DNA of 64,000 nucleotides, taken from the NCBI GenBank assembly GCA_965261055.1, contig OZ253440.1:753639-817638 (forward strand). Direction: 5' to 3'. The position numbers were made by a program, and so were the translations under genes. Of the stretch, positions 9,031 through 20,126 are shown piece by piece. This stretch comes from Fibrobacteria bacterium. Lineage in GTDB: Bacteria > Fibrobacterota > Fibrobacteria > UBA11236 > JADFYW01. Position 1 is the first letter of the stretch, and every line of letters begins with the position of its first letter. The notes beneath the pieces were generated by a model. It was not told the origin of the DNA, did not search any database, and saw only the letters and a list, made by a program, of their open reading frames with translations.

Positions 9031-11496
9031 TTGAATTTAGTGTACTACTTAATTCTTATCGCTTTATTAATTCTAAGCTGTACTGAAAATGACTTTCAGT
9101 CTTCTACTGATTTTCGTCGTTCACCATCTTTTTTTAGAATTCAAATTAGTAGCGTTTTAAACCAAGAAGATGATTTACTTGTAGCAAGTTGGAACATCCC
9201 TCAATCCACCGATAATTTAATAGGTCATTACCTAGTTTTAGATACTAATCATTGGAAAAACAACGAAAAAAAATTTTTTAGATTTGATAGTAGAAATACT
9301 TTTGATCGTCCTGCTATTTATATTCCTTGGGAAAAAAGAACTTCTGATAGCTTATTATTTTTATTAGATAGCCTAACTATGCCTTTTGAAAAAATAACAA
9401 CTGAAGAAAATCTTTCTTTCTTTAAAATCGATTCAAATAAACACATTAACGCAAATAAACTTCACTTTACTTTTGCTTTAATTCCAGTCTATTCTAGTGG
9501 TTTACCTGGAGAAACCCATTTTAGCCAAATTGTGGTAAGCGATTTATTTTCTCCACAACTTATTTTGAGTCAAGCTTCAGCTTTGGACAGTAATGTTACA
9601 ATATCTTGGCAACGTCCCTTAGATCAAACAAATTTTTTTAATGATGACCCCAGCAATGACACAGGGATAGTCCTAGGATACCATGTTGTTATAGAAGATC
9701 AAGATAATTCTAATTTAATTTCATTTAAACCTTTGAACTTAAAATCCCTTAAATTTAAAACCCCTCAAAAAACTTTATCACTAACAAAAGAAAATTTAGA
9801 TTCAGCCTTAACAATCCAAAACAATAATACTAATCGTGGTCGAATTATCTCTTTTTTCTTAAAAGACTCTACCTCACACAAAAAAAATTCCACAGACAAT
9901 AAAATTAGTTTAACTCTTAATGGTTTATTTAGCCAGCAAACCTATCGCTATTTTATTTACGCAAAAGACAAACAAAATAATTTTAATCAAAGAGATGCCG
10001 AACAACTCTTTTTTACAACAACAGACAACACTAAACCTATACTTACTACTATATCTGAAATTGTTCAATCAAGGCAAAACCAAATCAAAATTAAATGGAA
10101 TCCTTCTCAAGATACTCGAAGCCAAGATACACAAGCTAATGCTAATATTTTACAATATTTTATGGAAATCACAGAAAAAATTAACGGCGTTACATTCCCT
10201 CCTACTCAAATCAAAATTCCTCAAGAACATAATCAAGATACACTATTCTCAAATCAAAACATTATTCTTTATCCTACAAAAGAAAGATCCTTTTTTCAAT
10301 TAGAGCGAAATTTTTTAATTCCAAATACTCTTGTCACACTCAAAATTTTTTCACAAGACTCTTCACTCTATTTTTCTGATACAGCCGTTTCTTCTATATC
10401 CACTGTAACACTCATTGATTCTACAAAAACAAATTTTCGCTGTCCTTCTAATTTTAATGCAGTTATCACACAAGATACATTCTGTATTCAGTCTTACGAA
10501 TATCAAAATCAAGAAAAACAGTTTATAACACAAGTCACTCTACAAGAAGCTATAAAAACATGTCAAGATTTAAGTTCTTCCAAAGACTCTATTTTCTTGT
10601 GCTCTGAAAATCAATGGGAAAGATCCTGTCAAGGTAGTAGATCTCTTCAATTCGGAATACAATCTATTGATCCAACTCAACCTAACATTACCCTACAGGT
10701 AAACGATCTACAAAGTTTATGTAACATAGAAACAGGAAATTCATCTATTTCTGAAAAAGTAGAACTCAGAAACCCCCAATGTACAACAAATGAAGGCGTT
10801 TACGATCTTCCTGGAAATTTTTCAGAATGGGTTTCATCAACTGATGGGAGATTAATTTTTAAAGGTGCAAACTATTTACAATCTTCTGGAAATTTTTCAA
10901 ACCCTGAAAGAGCAAAATGTTTATTTGATGGTTCTCCCCAAAACCTTAGACCAAATTTCTTACCTTCTTGTATTTCTAAACAAGCTAATTTAAGCTTTAT
11001 ACTTAATAATGATTCTCTAATTTGCCCAAAACTTAACAAACCTGTTAGTCACTTTGAATGGATTACAAAATCTATTAATAACATTAATTCTCCTAGAGCA
11101 GGTGCTCGTATCTTCTTTAGTGATGATACCCAAGATTCCTTGTTTTTTTCAGATTCTACTGGATCAAATATTACAGCTAGAACAGGGCAAGTGAATCCTA
11201 AAAATTTACTAGTTGTTCAATTTCAAAACAAGAATGACACCTCTATTTTTGCAATAGATACCCTAGATTTCAGCCCTTTTCAATTTTTTGATTCGCCCAT
11301 TATCTTAGATCAACCTAGTTCCCATACGCTGCTTTCACAAATTACAAGCCCTCAATGGGAGGCTATCCCTATAAAAATTTTATATTCTACTTTTATTATT
11401 GATAAAACAACAAATAGCAATCAAGTGCTAAAAGATGCTAAAATTTATTACAATCACCAAGCTTTAGGGTTTCGCTGTTGTTCTAAACCTAAATAA
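9031..11496 (+). CDS. large lipoprotein with fibronectin-III-like repeats and C-terminal FGE-sulfatase (SUMF1/DUF323-like) domain; TTG start
   Basis: The signal peptide carries a lipobox (LILSC). The C-terminus has CIQSYEYQ..VTLQEAIKTCQ..FLCSENQWERSCQG..GVYDLPGNFSEWV..LIFKGANY, which matches the FGE-sulfatase domain consensus (GNVWEWV-type motif). Confidence 0.55.
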   Translation: MNLVYYLILIALLILSCTENDFQSSTDFRRSPSFFRIQISSVLNQEDDLLVASWNIPQSTDNLIGHYLVLDTNHWKNNEKKFFRFDSRNTFDRPAIYIPWEKRTSDSLLFLLDSLTMPFEKITTEENLSFFKIDSNKHINANKLHFTFALIPVYSSGLPGETHFSQIVVSDLFSPQLILSQASALDSNVTISWQRPLDQTNFFNDDPSNDTGIVLGYHVVIEDQDNSNLISFKPLNLKSLKFKTPQKTLSLTKENLDSALTIQNNNTNRGRIISFFLKDSTSHKKNSTDNKISLTLNGLFSQQTYRYFIYAKDKQNNFNQRDAEQLFFTTTDNTKPILTTISEIVQSRQNQIKIKWNPSQDTRSQDTQANANILQYFMEITEKINGVTFPPTQIKIPQEHNQDTLFSNQNIILYPTKERSFFQLERNFLIPNTLVTLKIFSQDSSLYFSDTAVSSISTVTLIDSTKTNFRCPSNFNAVITQDTFCIQSYEYQNQEKQFITQVTLQEAIKTCQDLSSSKDSIFLCSENQWERSCQGSRSLQFGIQSIDPTQPNITLQVNDLQSLCNIETGNSSISEKVELRNPQCTTNEGVYDLPGNFSEWVSSTDGRLIFKGANYLQSSGNFSNPERAKCLFDGSPQNLRPNFLPSCISKQANLSFILNNDSLICPKLNKPVSHFEWITKSINNINSPRAGARIFFSDDTQDSLFFSDSTGSNITARTGQVNPKNLLVVQFQNKNDTSIFAIDTLDFSPFQFFDSPIILDQPSSHTLLSQITSPQWEAIPIKILYSTFIIDKTTNSNQVLKDAKIYYNHQALGFRCCSKPK

Positions 11497-11586
11497 CCCC
11501 AAATTTGAATACCAACTCAACAAGATTAACATAAACTGAATTAGCGAGTTGAATTATAGAAAATAAGCTTTGATAATTACAAAATC

Positions 11587-12003
11587 TTATTTTTTTATAG
11601 AAAGAGGAGTGCCTTTTGTACCTGCATAAAAAACAATAATCTCTGCTGGCTCAGATCCTTTGTTCTCTCCATAATGCCACTCTTGGACGACTTCTATAAT
11701 AGCATCACCTTCTTGGATTTCTAACTGCCGCCCACTCTCTGTTGTTACCGTAAGACTTCCTTTTAATAGAACACCCGCATTGATAACAGGATGTTTATGT
11801 AATGGCAAAATTGTTTTTGGTGGTATCGTTATTTTTAAAATGGTTATCTCGGGCACACCCAGATTATAACTAGGTAAAGCCTTTTTATTCCAGCTCTTAC
11901 TACTTTTTTTAAGTAAAATCACTTCTACATTGCTATGAGTTTTAGACCAAGCAGAGATTAAAGATAGACCTATTAATATAGAAACAACGAATATTCTTAT
12001 CAT
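11587..12003 (-). CDS. secreted cupin-domain protein
   Basis: It has a signal peptide. The cupin-like core is PLHKHPVINAGVLLKGSL...IQEGDAI. Confidence 0.45.
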   Translation of the reverse strand: MIRIFVVSILIGLSLISAWSKTHSNVEVILLKKSSKSWNKKALPSYNLGVPEITILKITIPPKTILPLHKHPVINAGVLLKGSLTVTTESGRQLEIQEGDAIIEVVQEWHYGENKGSEPAEIIVFYAGTKGTPLSIKK

Positions 12004-12131
12004 TTTTACCTAACTATTTAAAAAATCAAATATATAAAGTTTTTATCTTTTAAAAGTTCCTTTCTTAGTTTTTAAACTTACCTTTGATTAAGAAACTTGC
12101 TTCTCACATGTTTATATACCTAGCTTATTGC

Positions 12132-13253
12132 CTATGTTGTTAAATAACCTCCAGTCCAAGCATTTTGAAAATTAAACCCACCTGTAAGTTCGTCAATGTT
12201 AAGAACCTCATCTACAAAATAGATATTCTTCCTTTTTTTACTTTCAAATGTCTTAAAATTAATTTCTTTTAAATAAACATCGCCAGCAGTAACAAATTTA
12301 TTTTTATAAGTACTTTTTCCTTTCACTCTAAAAACCGTTACTTTCAAAGTTTGAATTAAATTCAAAAATTGTTTCTTATTCAAATCTGCCCAACAGTCTC
12401 TATTTGAATAGCAACACTCGCAATCAACCTTTTCCATAATTTTTTCTAAAAATTAAATTGTGGCGATTGGTAAATAACTTAAGATCCTTTTTCTTTAGCT
12501 TTTTCAAATACTGTTTTACTTTATCAATAGAGAAACTTAGAGTCCAATCAATAGCAATTTTAAATTGATAATTCAAAGCTTTTAATACAATTGCATCTCA
12601 AGCTAATAATTTTAAAACGGCTGATCCACTCAATCCCCAATAAGTAATCAACAATAGCCTTTCTGTTTCCAAATTTAAACCTTGTATTTAAACTTTAACA
12701 TCCTTATAACCGTACCAGCTAAATCTAATAACATTGAATCTGTAATGTTACCGAGTAAATAATAACGAAACAAGGTGCTATTGTTTTATAACCTAAATTT
12801 TCTAGTATCTTCCAAATTTAGTTCTATTTCTGCAAGCGACAAATAGTTTTCTGTTTAATAATTTCAATACTTCTATTTTCTGCTTTTTTCAAAAGGAAAT
12901 CAATGATTGTTTCTGATGAATTTGTACTAGGAAAAATACGATCGTCTGGATCCATCTTTATTTTTATACCAAACACTTCAAACCATTTAACCGTATACAT
13001 AGTTGTAAAAAAATAAAAGGACTTCTTAATTCTTTCTTTCCTCTTGGATAATACTCTACTAACTTTTGAAGTTCAGATTAGCTGCTTGTTAAGTTATAAC
13101 GCCCATCACCAGATATTTTAACCTTACTTAAAAGTTAAGTATTTTTTTCTAAAATCAAAATTTTATAATTTGACTTTAAAATTGAAGTATTAATTGCTGT
13201 CAAAAAACCTGCAACCCCACCTCTAATTATAATTAAATCATATATCACAAATT
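12132..13253 (-). pseudogene. HI0933/BaiN-family FAD-dependent flavoprotein (aminoacetone-oxidase family), decayed by multiple frameshifts/stops
   Basis: The reverse-strand N-terminus is VIYDLIIIRGGVAGFLTAI, a Rossmann motif with a G-to-R change. Downstream fragments include KISGDGRYNLT (lGkKiliSGgGRCNlTN), FPSTNSSETIIDFL and the C-terminal LTGGFNFQNAWTGGYLT (tGGyNfQwAwsSGylAG). These sit in different frames with several stops. The track's ORF 12132..12437 is only the C-terminal piece. Confidence 0.6.
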
Positions 13254-13445
13254 ATTTTCAATCTTTTGTTAAGCTTTAAATCGAAAAAGATATCTAAAAT
13301 AAAATACCAATACCTTTTAGAAAAAGTGTTTTATATAAAGACTGATCCAATCTTCCCTCTTTATCTAAAAGTATTATCTAAATTCTTTTCCTAAATCATT
13401 TATTTTTTAAAAATCAAACTCACTTTTTAAATATATTTTCTTCAT

Positions 13446-14597
13446 ATGAATAAAAATTCCAAAAAACCTTACTTTTTAAAGTCATTTTACAAAGAAGCCG
13501 TTATTCCAATTCTTATTGCTCTATTTGTTATCCAATTTGCAGTTCAAGCATTTAAAATTCCTACAGCTTCTATGGAAAAATCATTACTTGTTGGAGATTT
13601 TTTACTTGGTCTTAAGTTTGTTTATGGCATTGATCTTCCTTGGATTGAAAAACGAGTTTTAAAATTTACAGACCCAGAAAAAGGTGATGTCGTCATTTTT
13701 TCCTACCCTGGAGACCCTCGTTATCCAGAATACGATAGCGATAGGTATTCTTTCTTAGCTAATTTATTTTTGTTCGGTAATCTCTATTGGGATTCGCAAG
13801 AAAACGATCTTATCTGGTATGCTCCTAAGGATTACATCAAGAGGTGTGTTGCTACTAGCGGAGATAATATTCGACTTTCGCGTAAAAAACTTTGGATTAA
13901 CGATTCATTAACAACAATCCCTAATCAAGGCTACTACTCAGATTTCAACAGCCAAGTTACAGATCTTGCACGAGATTCCCTAAATTTTACTCTACCAATT
14001 CCCAACCAAAATTTTCAACTTGACACTTTATCTTATGCACATCTAAGTTGGATTCGCTCTTTAGCGATTCAGGAACATCCAAATAAAACAATAGAACTTG
14101 TAATGGATATTTATATTAACGGTGAACTCGCTAATGCTACTAATTTCAATCAAAATTTAGTATCTCTGCCAACTCTACACAAATACATACGCACAGGCTT
14201 TATTAAAATAAACGAATCACCTGCATTCTTCGGAAAACGCCATCAATACGACTATTTTACTGGTATAGAACTAGAAAAAGCAATGCAACACATTCAAAAC
14301 TTTTATGGCATACGTAACCAAACTCTTTCTTTTAAACCCTATTTAAAAATTGATGATCTTAAACAAACAAACTATACCGTCTTATATCCCGTTTATTTTA
14401 TGATGGGAGATAATCGTGATAACTCTCTTGACAGTCGGTACTTTGGACTTGTTTCCGATCTTAATATCAAAGCTAAAGCATTTATAACCTACTTTTCTTT
14501 GGAAAACGACAGTAAAGTTTCTCTACTTAATCCATTTTCATGGATCCACTTACCTTTTGATTTAAGATGGAATCGAATTGCTAAACTTATTAATTAA
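13446..14597 (+). CDS. lepB: signal peptidase I
   Basis: It has an N-terminal transmembrane helix, the SMEKSLLVGDFLLG catalytic Ser box and the GDNRDNSLDSRYFG C-terminal box. It is 383 aa. Confidence 0.75.
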   Translation: MNKNSKKPYFLKSFYKEAVIPILIALFVIQFAVQAFKIPTASMEKSLLVGDFLLGLKFVYGIDLPWIEKRVLKFTDPEKGDVVIFSYPGDPRYPEYDSDRYSFLANLFLFGNLYWDSQENDLIWYAPKDYIKRCVATSGDNIRLSRKKLWINDSLTTIPNQGYYSDFNSQVTDLARDSLNFTLPIPNQNFQLDTLSYAHLSWIRSLAIQEHPNKTIELVMDIYINGELANATNFNQNLVSLPTLHKYIRTGFIKINESPAFFGKRHQYDYFTGIELEKAMQHIQNFYGIRNQTLSFKPYLKIDDLKQTNYTVLYPVYFMMGDNRDNSLDSRYFGLVSDLNIKAKAFITYFSLENDSKVSLLNPFSWIHLPFDLRWNRIAKLIN

Positions 14598-14603
14598 TAA
14601 ATT

Positions 14604-15380
14604 ATGCTAACAAAAAGAATTATCGTCTGTCTGGATGTAAAAGACAAAAAAGTGACCAAAGGTGTTGAGTTTTTAAATAATCAAATTTTAGGCGACCCCA
14701 TTAAAATGGGAAAACAATACTACGAACAAGGAGTTGATGAACTTATTTTTTATGATATCACAGCATCTGCAGAAAACCGTCCCATTGATATCGAAATGGT
14801 TAAAGATGTCGCCAAAAATATTTTTATTCCGTTTTCAGTTGGTGGTGGACTGCGTCATTTAGATGATATGCGAGAGACTTTATTAGCTGGAGCTGAGAAA
14901 GTAAGCTTGAATTCTTTAGCAGTTAAAGATCCTACAATCATTGAAAAAGGAGCTCAAAACTTTGGTAGCCAATGTATTGTTTTAAGTGTTGATGCTAAAA
15001 AAACCACTATTTCGGGAAAAACTCCTTCAGGGTTTGAAGTTTTTATACAAGGTGGTAGAAAAGCAACAGGGATTGATGTCGTTCAATGGATAAAAAAAGC
15101 AACTGACTTAGGAGCAGGAGAGATTTGCTTAAATGCAATTAATACCGATGGCGTTCAAAAGGGTTATGCTCTTGACTTAACAGAACTCATCTGCCAAACA
15201 ACCGAAGTCCCAGTAATCGCTTCTGGAGGAGCTGGAAAACCTGAACATTTATTAAATCTTTTTCAAAAAACCCAAGCTTCCGCCGGACTCATTGCTTCAA
15301 TAGTTCACTATCAACATTATAGTATTAAACAAATTAAAGATTTCTTGCTCAATCAAAAAATTCCTATTCGTAAAACTTAA
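14604..15380 (+). CDS. hisF: imidazole glycerol phosphate synthase cyclase subunit
   Basis: IVCLDVKD...GADELIFYDITAS...VGGGL and the overall HisF length and pattern are present. Confidence 0.85.
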   Translation: MLTKRIIVCLDVKDKKVTKGVEFLNNQILGDPIKMGKQYYEQGVDELIFYDITASAENRPIDIEMVKDVAKNIFIPFSVGGGLRHLDDMRETLLAGAEKVSLNSLAVKDPTIIEKGAQNFGSQCIVLSVDAKKTTISGKTPSGFEVFIQGGRKATGIDVVQWIKKATDLGAGEICLNAINTDGVQKGYALDLTELICQTTEVPVIASGGAGKPEHLLNLFQKTQASAGLIASIVHYQHYSIKQIKDFLLNQKIPIRKT

Positions 15381-15416
15381 AATACCTAATAGCATCATTT
15401 TAAAAATCTTTTAATT

Positions 15417-18400
15417 ATGACACTAGCTACAGCATACCTTAAGTTTTCAAATTTCTACTCTTTTAGCAAACAATTCCAATTTGTTAATCTACCAGCAAAA
15501 GAAGCTTGGTCTACCGTAGTTTTTAACTATCTCAACGAAAAACAAACACAAAATAATATCTTAGTTTGTGAAAACGAACATGACTTAATTCAAAGAATTG
15601 ATGAACTAAAGCCTCTGTTCCCTTCTTTTTCTATTCTACATTACCCATCTCTAACAAAAGATGAAACAATAATCAAAACAGCTTCTAAAAAAAATCAACA
15701 ACGGAAGGAAGTTTTTCAAAAAATCATTGAAAAAAAATCAACCTTGATTGTAACAACAAGCTCTGTTTTTCTAGAAAAATTACCCAGTTTAAAAACTCTC
15801 ACAGAGAATAAAATTTCAATTGAAAAAAATATTGAAATAGATTTAGATCAATTGAAAGAAAAACTCATTGATTTTGGATTTGAACAAAAAGATACTGTAA
15901 CAACAATTGGAGAGTTTTCTGTCCGCGGATTTATTATAGATGTTTTTTCCTATTTTTATGACAATCCAATCCGTATTGAATTATGGGGCCAAACCATTGA
16001 ATCTATTCGATTATTTGATGTCTTTTCTCAACGCTCTATAGAAATTCTTAATCAAATTAAAATTGAATCTTTATCTGAAAATCATTTAAACCAAAGTCGA
16101 AATACTTATCATCTATTTGATTTTTTCAAACAAAGTCCTTCTATCATTATTGAAAATGAATTAGATTGGACTCAAACGCTGAAAGAACATTCTGAAACAA
16201 ACAACTGGTCTTTAGACATAATTGAACAGAAAATTCAACAATCAAATCAACTTAGAGGTGTTAACTTTGAATCATCTGCCGTCTTAAATTTAAATATAGA
16301 ATCAGAACCAGAATGGCAATCTTTTGAAGAAGTAAAATTCTCTATCTCTCATTTTTTAGAAAAAAAGTATAAAATTTTTTTAATCGTTCAAGATGAAAAT
16401 GAAAAACAACTTTTCATAAAAAAGAACCTAAACTTAGGTATTCAAGAAATTTTGATCGGAACAAAATATAACGGTTTTATTCAGCACAATAAAAAAGTTG
16501 TCTTTCTATCCTATCACAATATTTTTTTTCAACCTTTTATTAAAGATGACACACCATCTTTTAAAGGTCAAGGAGTTATTGTTCCAAGCTTCCAATCATT
16601 TCAAAAAAAAGATTGGGTTATTCATGAGCACTATGGTATTGGACAATTTATTGGCATAAAAAAAGTAACTGTTCAAGATCATTCTATTGATTGCCTTTTA
16701 CTTCAGTATGCAGATAAAGGCTCCCTCACATTACCCGTTACTGATTTTAAAAAAATTAGTAAGTACCTATCCCAAGATCAAGTCCAACCTAAATTAGCTC
16801 AATTAGGCAGAAAAATTTGGGAACAAAAAAAAAAGAAAGCCAAAAAAGCAATCTTAAAATTAGCTCAAGATTTAATTGACCTTTATGCCAAACGGAAAAG
16901 TATTAAAGGATTCTCTTTTAAAAAAGACAGTCTCAATCAACAAGATTTTGAAGAAAACTTTCCTTATACTCTAACACCTGACCAAAATAAAGCTATTCTT
17001 GAGACTAAACTAGATATGGAAAAACCATATCCTATGGATCGTCTTATTTGTGGTGATGTTGGCTTTGGAAAAACAGAAGTTGCTTTAAGAGCTACTTTTA
17101 AATGTGTTGATAATGGAAAACAAGCTGTTCTGATGGCCCCGACAACGCTTCTATCTCAACAACTTTTTTCTCAATTTGAAAGAAGAATAAGTTCTTGGTC
17201 TATTCAAGTCGGTTGTTTAAATCGTTTTCAAACAACTAAAGAACAAAGAATAACTAAAGAAAAATTAAAACAAGGTCAAATTGATATCATTGTAGGAACT
17301 CATAAAGTTCTTAGCAAAGATGTTGAATTTAAAAACCTAGGTCTCATCATTATTGATGAAGAACAAAAATTCGGTGTTAGACAAAAAGAAATTCTTAAAG
17401 AAAAGTATTTTTCCGTTGACTCAATCTCCTTAAGCGCAACTCCTATTCCACGAAGTTTACATCTTTCTTTTCTAAACATTCGCCCTTTTTCAATAATTCA
17501 AACACCTCCTCAAAATAGACTTTCGATTGAAACTCATAATGTTTCTTTACAAGAAAAACCTATTGTCAAAATTTTAACCCAAGAAAAAAATAGAGGTGGC
17601 CAAAGCTTCTTTGTTTACAATCGCGTTGAAGACTTATTTGTATACAAAAATAAATTACAAAAATGGCTTCCAGATTTCAAGATAGCCATGGTCCATGGGA
17701 AACTTCCAGAAAAAGAGCTTGAAAAAATCATGCTCAATTTTGTAAGAAATAAATACGATATTTTAGTTTGCACATCAATTATCGAAGCAGGGATTGATTT
17801 GTCTAATGTAAATACAATCATTATTCATCATCCTGAATATTTTGGAATCTCTGAACTCTTTCAACTTAGAGGAAGAGTTGGGCGTTCTTCAACTCAAGCA
17901 TACTGTTATTTAACCTTATCTCAAAAATCACTTTCAGATCATTCTCAAACTCGCATCAATATGCTCAAAAAATTTACAGCCTTAGGTAGCGGTTACGCTT
18001 TAGCTGTCCAAGATTTAGAAATTAGAGGTGTTGGTAATATTTTAGGAACGGAACAAAAAGGTCATTTATATGAACTAGGCTATCATACCTATTGCCAACT
18101 CATTCAAAATGCCGTCAAAGAGATACAAGGAAAACCAACATTAAACATTGAAACTAAGATAGACTACCCTCAAGATGCATTTCTAAATCAAGATTATATA
18201 GAGAATTCATCTCAACGTATTGACCTTTATCAAAAAATCAGCTGGATTGATAATATTAAAGGTTTTGATGATTTAAGTAAAGAATTGTTAGACCGATTTG
18301 GAAAGATACCTTTAGCAACTCAAAACTTAATCTTAATCGCCAAACTCTCTTGGCTATCCCGATCTTTTAATTTAACTGACATTCAATTTCAAGGATCACG

Positions 18401-18581
18401 AATTATTTTAACAACAAATGAAGGTGTTCATTCTAAAATTTTAAAAAATCTTTTTGCTAATCTTCCGTTTCCTTTCAATCTTACAAACACAACTCCTTTA
18501 CAAATTGTCTGTGTTTTTCCATCGGCTCACCCTCAATCTAATTTAATTCAATTAAATACTATTTTAAAAAAACTTATTTAA
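15417..18581 (+). CDS. mfd: transcription-repair coupling factor
   Basis: It is 1054 aa. It carries the GDVGFGKTEVALRA Walker A, DEEQKFGV and a TRG/TRCF C-terminal domain. Confidence 0.9.
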   Translation: MTLATAYLKFSNFYSFSKQFQFVNLPAKEAWSTVVFNYLNEKQTQNNILVCENEHDLIQRIDELKPLFPSFSILHYPSLTKDETIIKTASKKNQQRKEVFQKIIEKKSTLIVTTSSVFLEKLPSLKTLTENKISIEKNIEIDLDQLKEKLIDFGFEQKDTVTTIGEFSVRGFIIDVFSYFYDNPIRIELWGQTIESIRLFDVFSQRSIEILNQIKIESLSENHLNQSRNTYHLFDFFKQSPSIIIENELDWTQTLKEHSETNNWSLDIIEQKIQQSNQLRGVNFESSAVLNLNIESEPEWQSFEEVKFSISHFLEKKYKIFLIVQDENEKQLFIKKNLNLGIQEILIGTKYNGFIQHNKKVVFLSYHNIFFQPFIKDDTPSFKGQGVIVPSFQSFQKKDWVIHEHYGIGQFIGIKKVTVQDHSIDCLLLQYADKGSLTLPVTDFKKISKYLSQDQVQPKLAQLGRKIWEQKKKKAKKAILKLAQDLIDLYAKRKSIKGFSFKKDSLNQQDFEENFPYTLTPDQNKAILETKLDMEKPYPMDRLICGDVGFGKTEVALRATFKCVDNGKQAVLMAPTTLLSQQLFSQFERRISSWSIQVGCLNRFQTTKEQRITKEKLKQGQIDIIVGTHKVLSKDVEFKNLGLIIIDEEQKFGVRQKEILKEKYFSVDSISLSATPIPRSLHLSFLNIRPFSIIQTPPQNRLSIETHNVSLQEKPIVKILTQEKNRGGQSFFVYNRVEDLFVYKNKLQKWLPDFKIAMVHGKLPEKELEKIMLNFVRNKYDILVCTSIIEAGIDLSNVNTIIIHHPEYFGISELFQLRGRVGRSSTQAYCYLTLSQKSLSDHSQTRINMLKKFTALGSGYALAVQDLEIRGVGNILGTEQKGHLYELGYHTYCQLIQNAVKEIQGKPTLNIETKIDYPQDAFLNQDYIENSSQRIDLYQKISWIDNIKGFDDLSKELLDRFGKIPLATQNLILIAKLSWLSRSFNLTDIQFQGSRIILTTNEGVHSKILKNLFANLPFPFNLTNTTPLQIVCVFPSAHPQSNLIQLNTILKKLI

Positions 18582-18733
18582 AAAATGAGACTCCAAAAAT
18601 TTAAATCAATAAAGTTTTAAAAATTCTGATTCTTTAGTTCCTTAATTCTCTAAATTATGTTATTTTAGTACTATGGTTAATTCATATTAAAAGAAAATAA
18701 TAAACAAAATCAATAGCAATTAATAGGTAGATT

Positions 18734-18832
18734 ATGTCAAAAGGTAAAGACGCAAAGAAAAGTGTAAAAAAAGAACCAACTAAAACTACAAAAGAAAAAA
18801 AAGCAGAGAAAAGATTGAAAAAGTCTAAATAA
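18734..18832 (+). CDS. possible small lysine-rich basic protein (32 aa; below ORF-track cutoff)
   Basis: An ATG-to-TAA ORF encodes MSKGKDAKKSVKKEPTKTTKEKKAEKRLKKSK. There is no clear RBS, and it lies in an otherwise empty 300-bp spacer. Confidence 0.2.
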   Translation: MSKGKDAKKSVKKEPTKTTKEKKAEKRLKKSK

Positions 18833-18892
18833 AATTGACTCTCTGTTTAAGAAGTTAAATACAATCAATCAATAGTTTTAAGGAACAATAAT

Positions 18893-19600
18893 TTGGATAA
18901 AAAATTAACCCCACTTTCGTTTATTGTCATTTTCTCACTATTAACTTTTAATCAATCAGTATTTTCTCACCTAAAATCAAAAGAACTTTATAAACACAGT
19001 GTACAATTCGGTATTATTGTGAATACATTACAGATAAAAAATCCATCAAGTAGTTTTAACCAAAATACTATTAATCTAACTGGTCCTACTTTATCTTATC
19101 AACATCTTTTAGATATCAGCTCTTTTGTCCACCCTATGGTGCATTTTTTCTATGAAATAAAAAACAATAGACAATATATTCTTCGCCTAGAATTAAGAGG
19201 AGGATATTCAATTAGTAATGCTGAGTTTACTCCTAAAACTCACTTTGATTATAGTAGATTATACTTTATCGCCCATTACGACTTAGTCGAAATTATTTTG
19301 CCATTTATTAAATCTAGTTTATCTTTTTCAATTTCACCTGGTTATGGCTTTACTTATCTTAGAGGGAATAATGTTATATCAAAAAATAGTAGAAATCCAA
19401 GAATTGCCGCCAAAGGCCTTGGTCTATTTCCAACAGGATCTTTTTCAACATTATCAATGGATGCTTCTATAGGATCCTGTTTCCGTTTTACTCACCCTAA
19501 AACTCAATTGGCTTGGGTAACTCATGTAGAAGTATCAGGCAATAGACGCTATATAGACTTCTCATCTACTTTTAGTAGTAAACTAGAATTTAAATTTTAA
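18893..19600 (+). CDS. hypothetical secreted protein, probable small outer-membrane beta-barrel; TTG start
   Basis: It has a signal peptide, alternating aromatic/hydrophilic segments and a C-terminal ...KLEFKF ending in Phe. Confidence 0.4.
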   Translation: MDKKLTPLSFIVIFSLLTFNQSVFSHLKSKELYKHSVQFGIIVNTLQIKNPSSSFNQNTINLTGPTLSYQHLLDISSFVHPMVHFFYEIKNNRQYILRLELRGGYSISNAEFTPKTHFDYSRLYFIAHYDLVEIILPFIKSSLSFSISPGYGFTYLRGNNVISKNSRNPRIAAKGLGLFPTGSFSTLSMDASIGSCFRFTHPKTQLAWVTHVEVSGNRRYIDFSSTFSSKLEFKF

Positions 19601-19610
19601 AGGAAAAAAA

Positions 19611-20126
19611 ATGAAAATAAACTATCGCTCACTTATAATACATGGTATTTTTATAATGTTTTTAGCTCAAGGCTGTATTGATCCTCCTTGTGCCTGTAGT
19701 CCAAATTTTGACTCAAAAATCACTACCTTTACTTATGAAAACCAAACAAATACTCAAATCAAACTTTCTTATTATGGAACTTCTACACCTGCGACATTAA
19801 AAATTATTGGAAACGACTCTATACCACCAAACCAAATAATTTCATTAGGTGATGAAGACTCTTCATCACATTATACAAGCTCTACAAATTCTACAAATCT
19901 CTTTATTTTTGAAACGAAGGCGATAGATACAGTTGTCTTAAAATTTATAGAGATTCCTGAAAAATGTTTATTATTTGTCCGCTCTACTGATAGTTTATCA
20001 ACTCACTCTTCTAAAATTTTTAAAATAGAATCTTATTTATGGGAAAATTATGTATTCCTTTACCAAATTACTCCAGAACATTTAGATTCAGCAAATACTC
20101 AAACTTGTACCTTATTTAAAATATGA
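19611..20126 (+). CDS. hypothetical lipoprotein (Cys-rich DPPCACSP N-terminus)
   Basis: It has a signal peptide followed by Cys. It uses a TGA stop, and the stop overlaps the next start (ATGA). Confidence 0.4.
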   Translation: MKINYRSLIIHGIFIMFLAQGCIDPPCACSPNFDSKITTFTYENQTNTQIKLSYYGTSTPATLKIIGNDSIPPNQIISLGDEDSSSHYTSSTNSTNLFIFETKAIDTVVLKFIEIPEKCLLFVRSTDSLSTHSSKIFKIESYLWENYVFLYQITPEHLDSANTQTCTLFKI

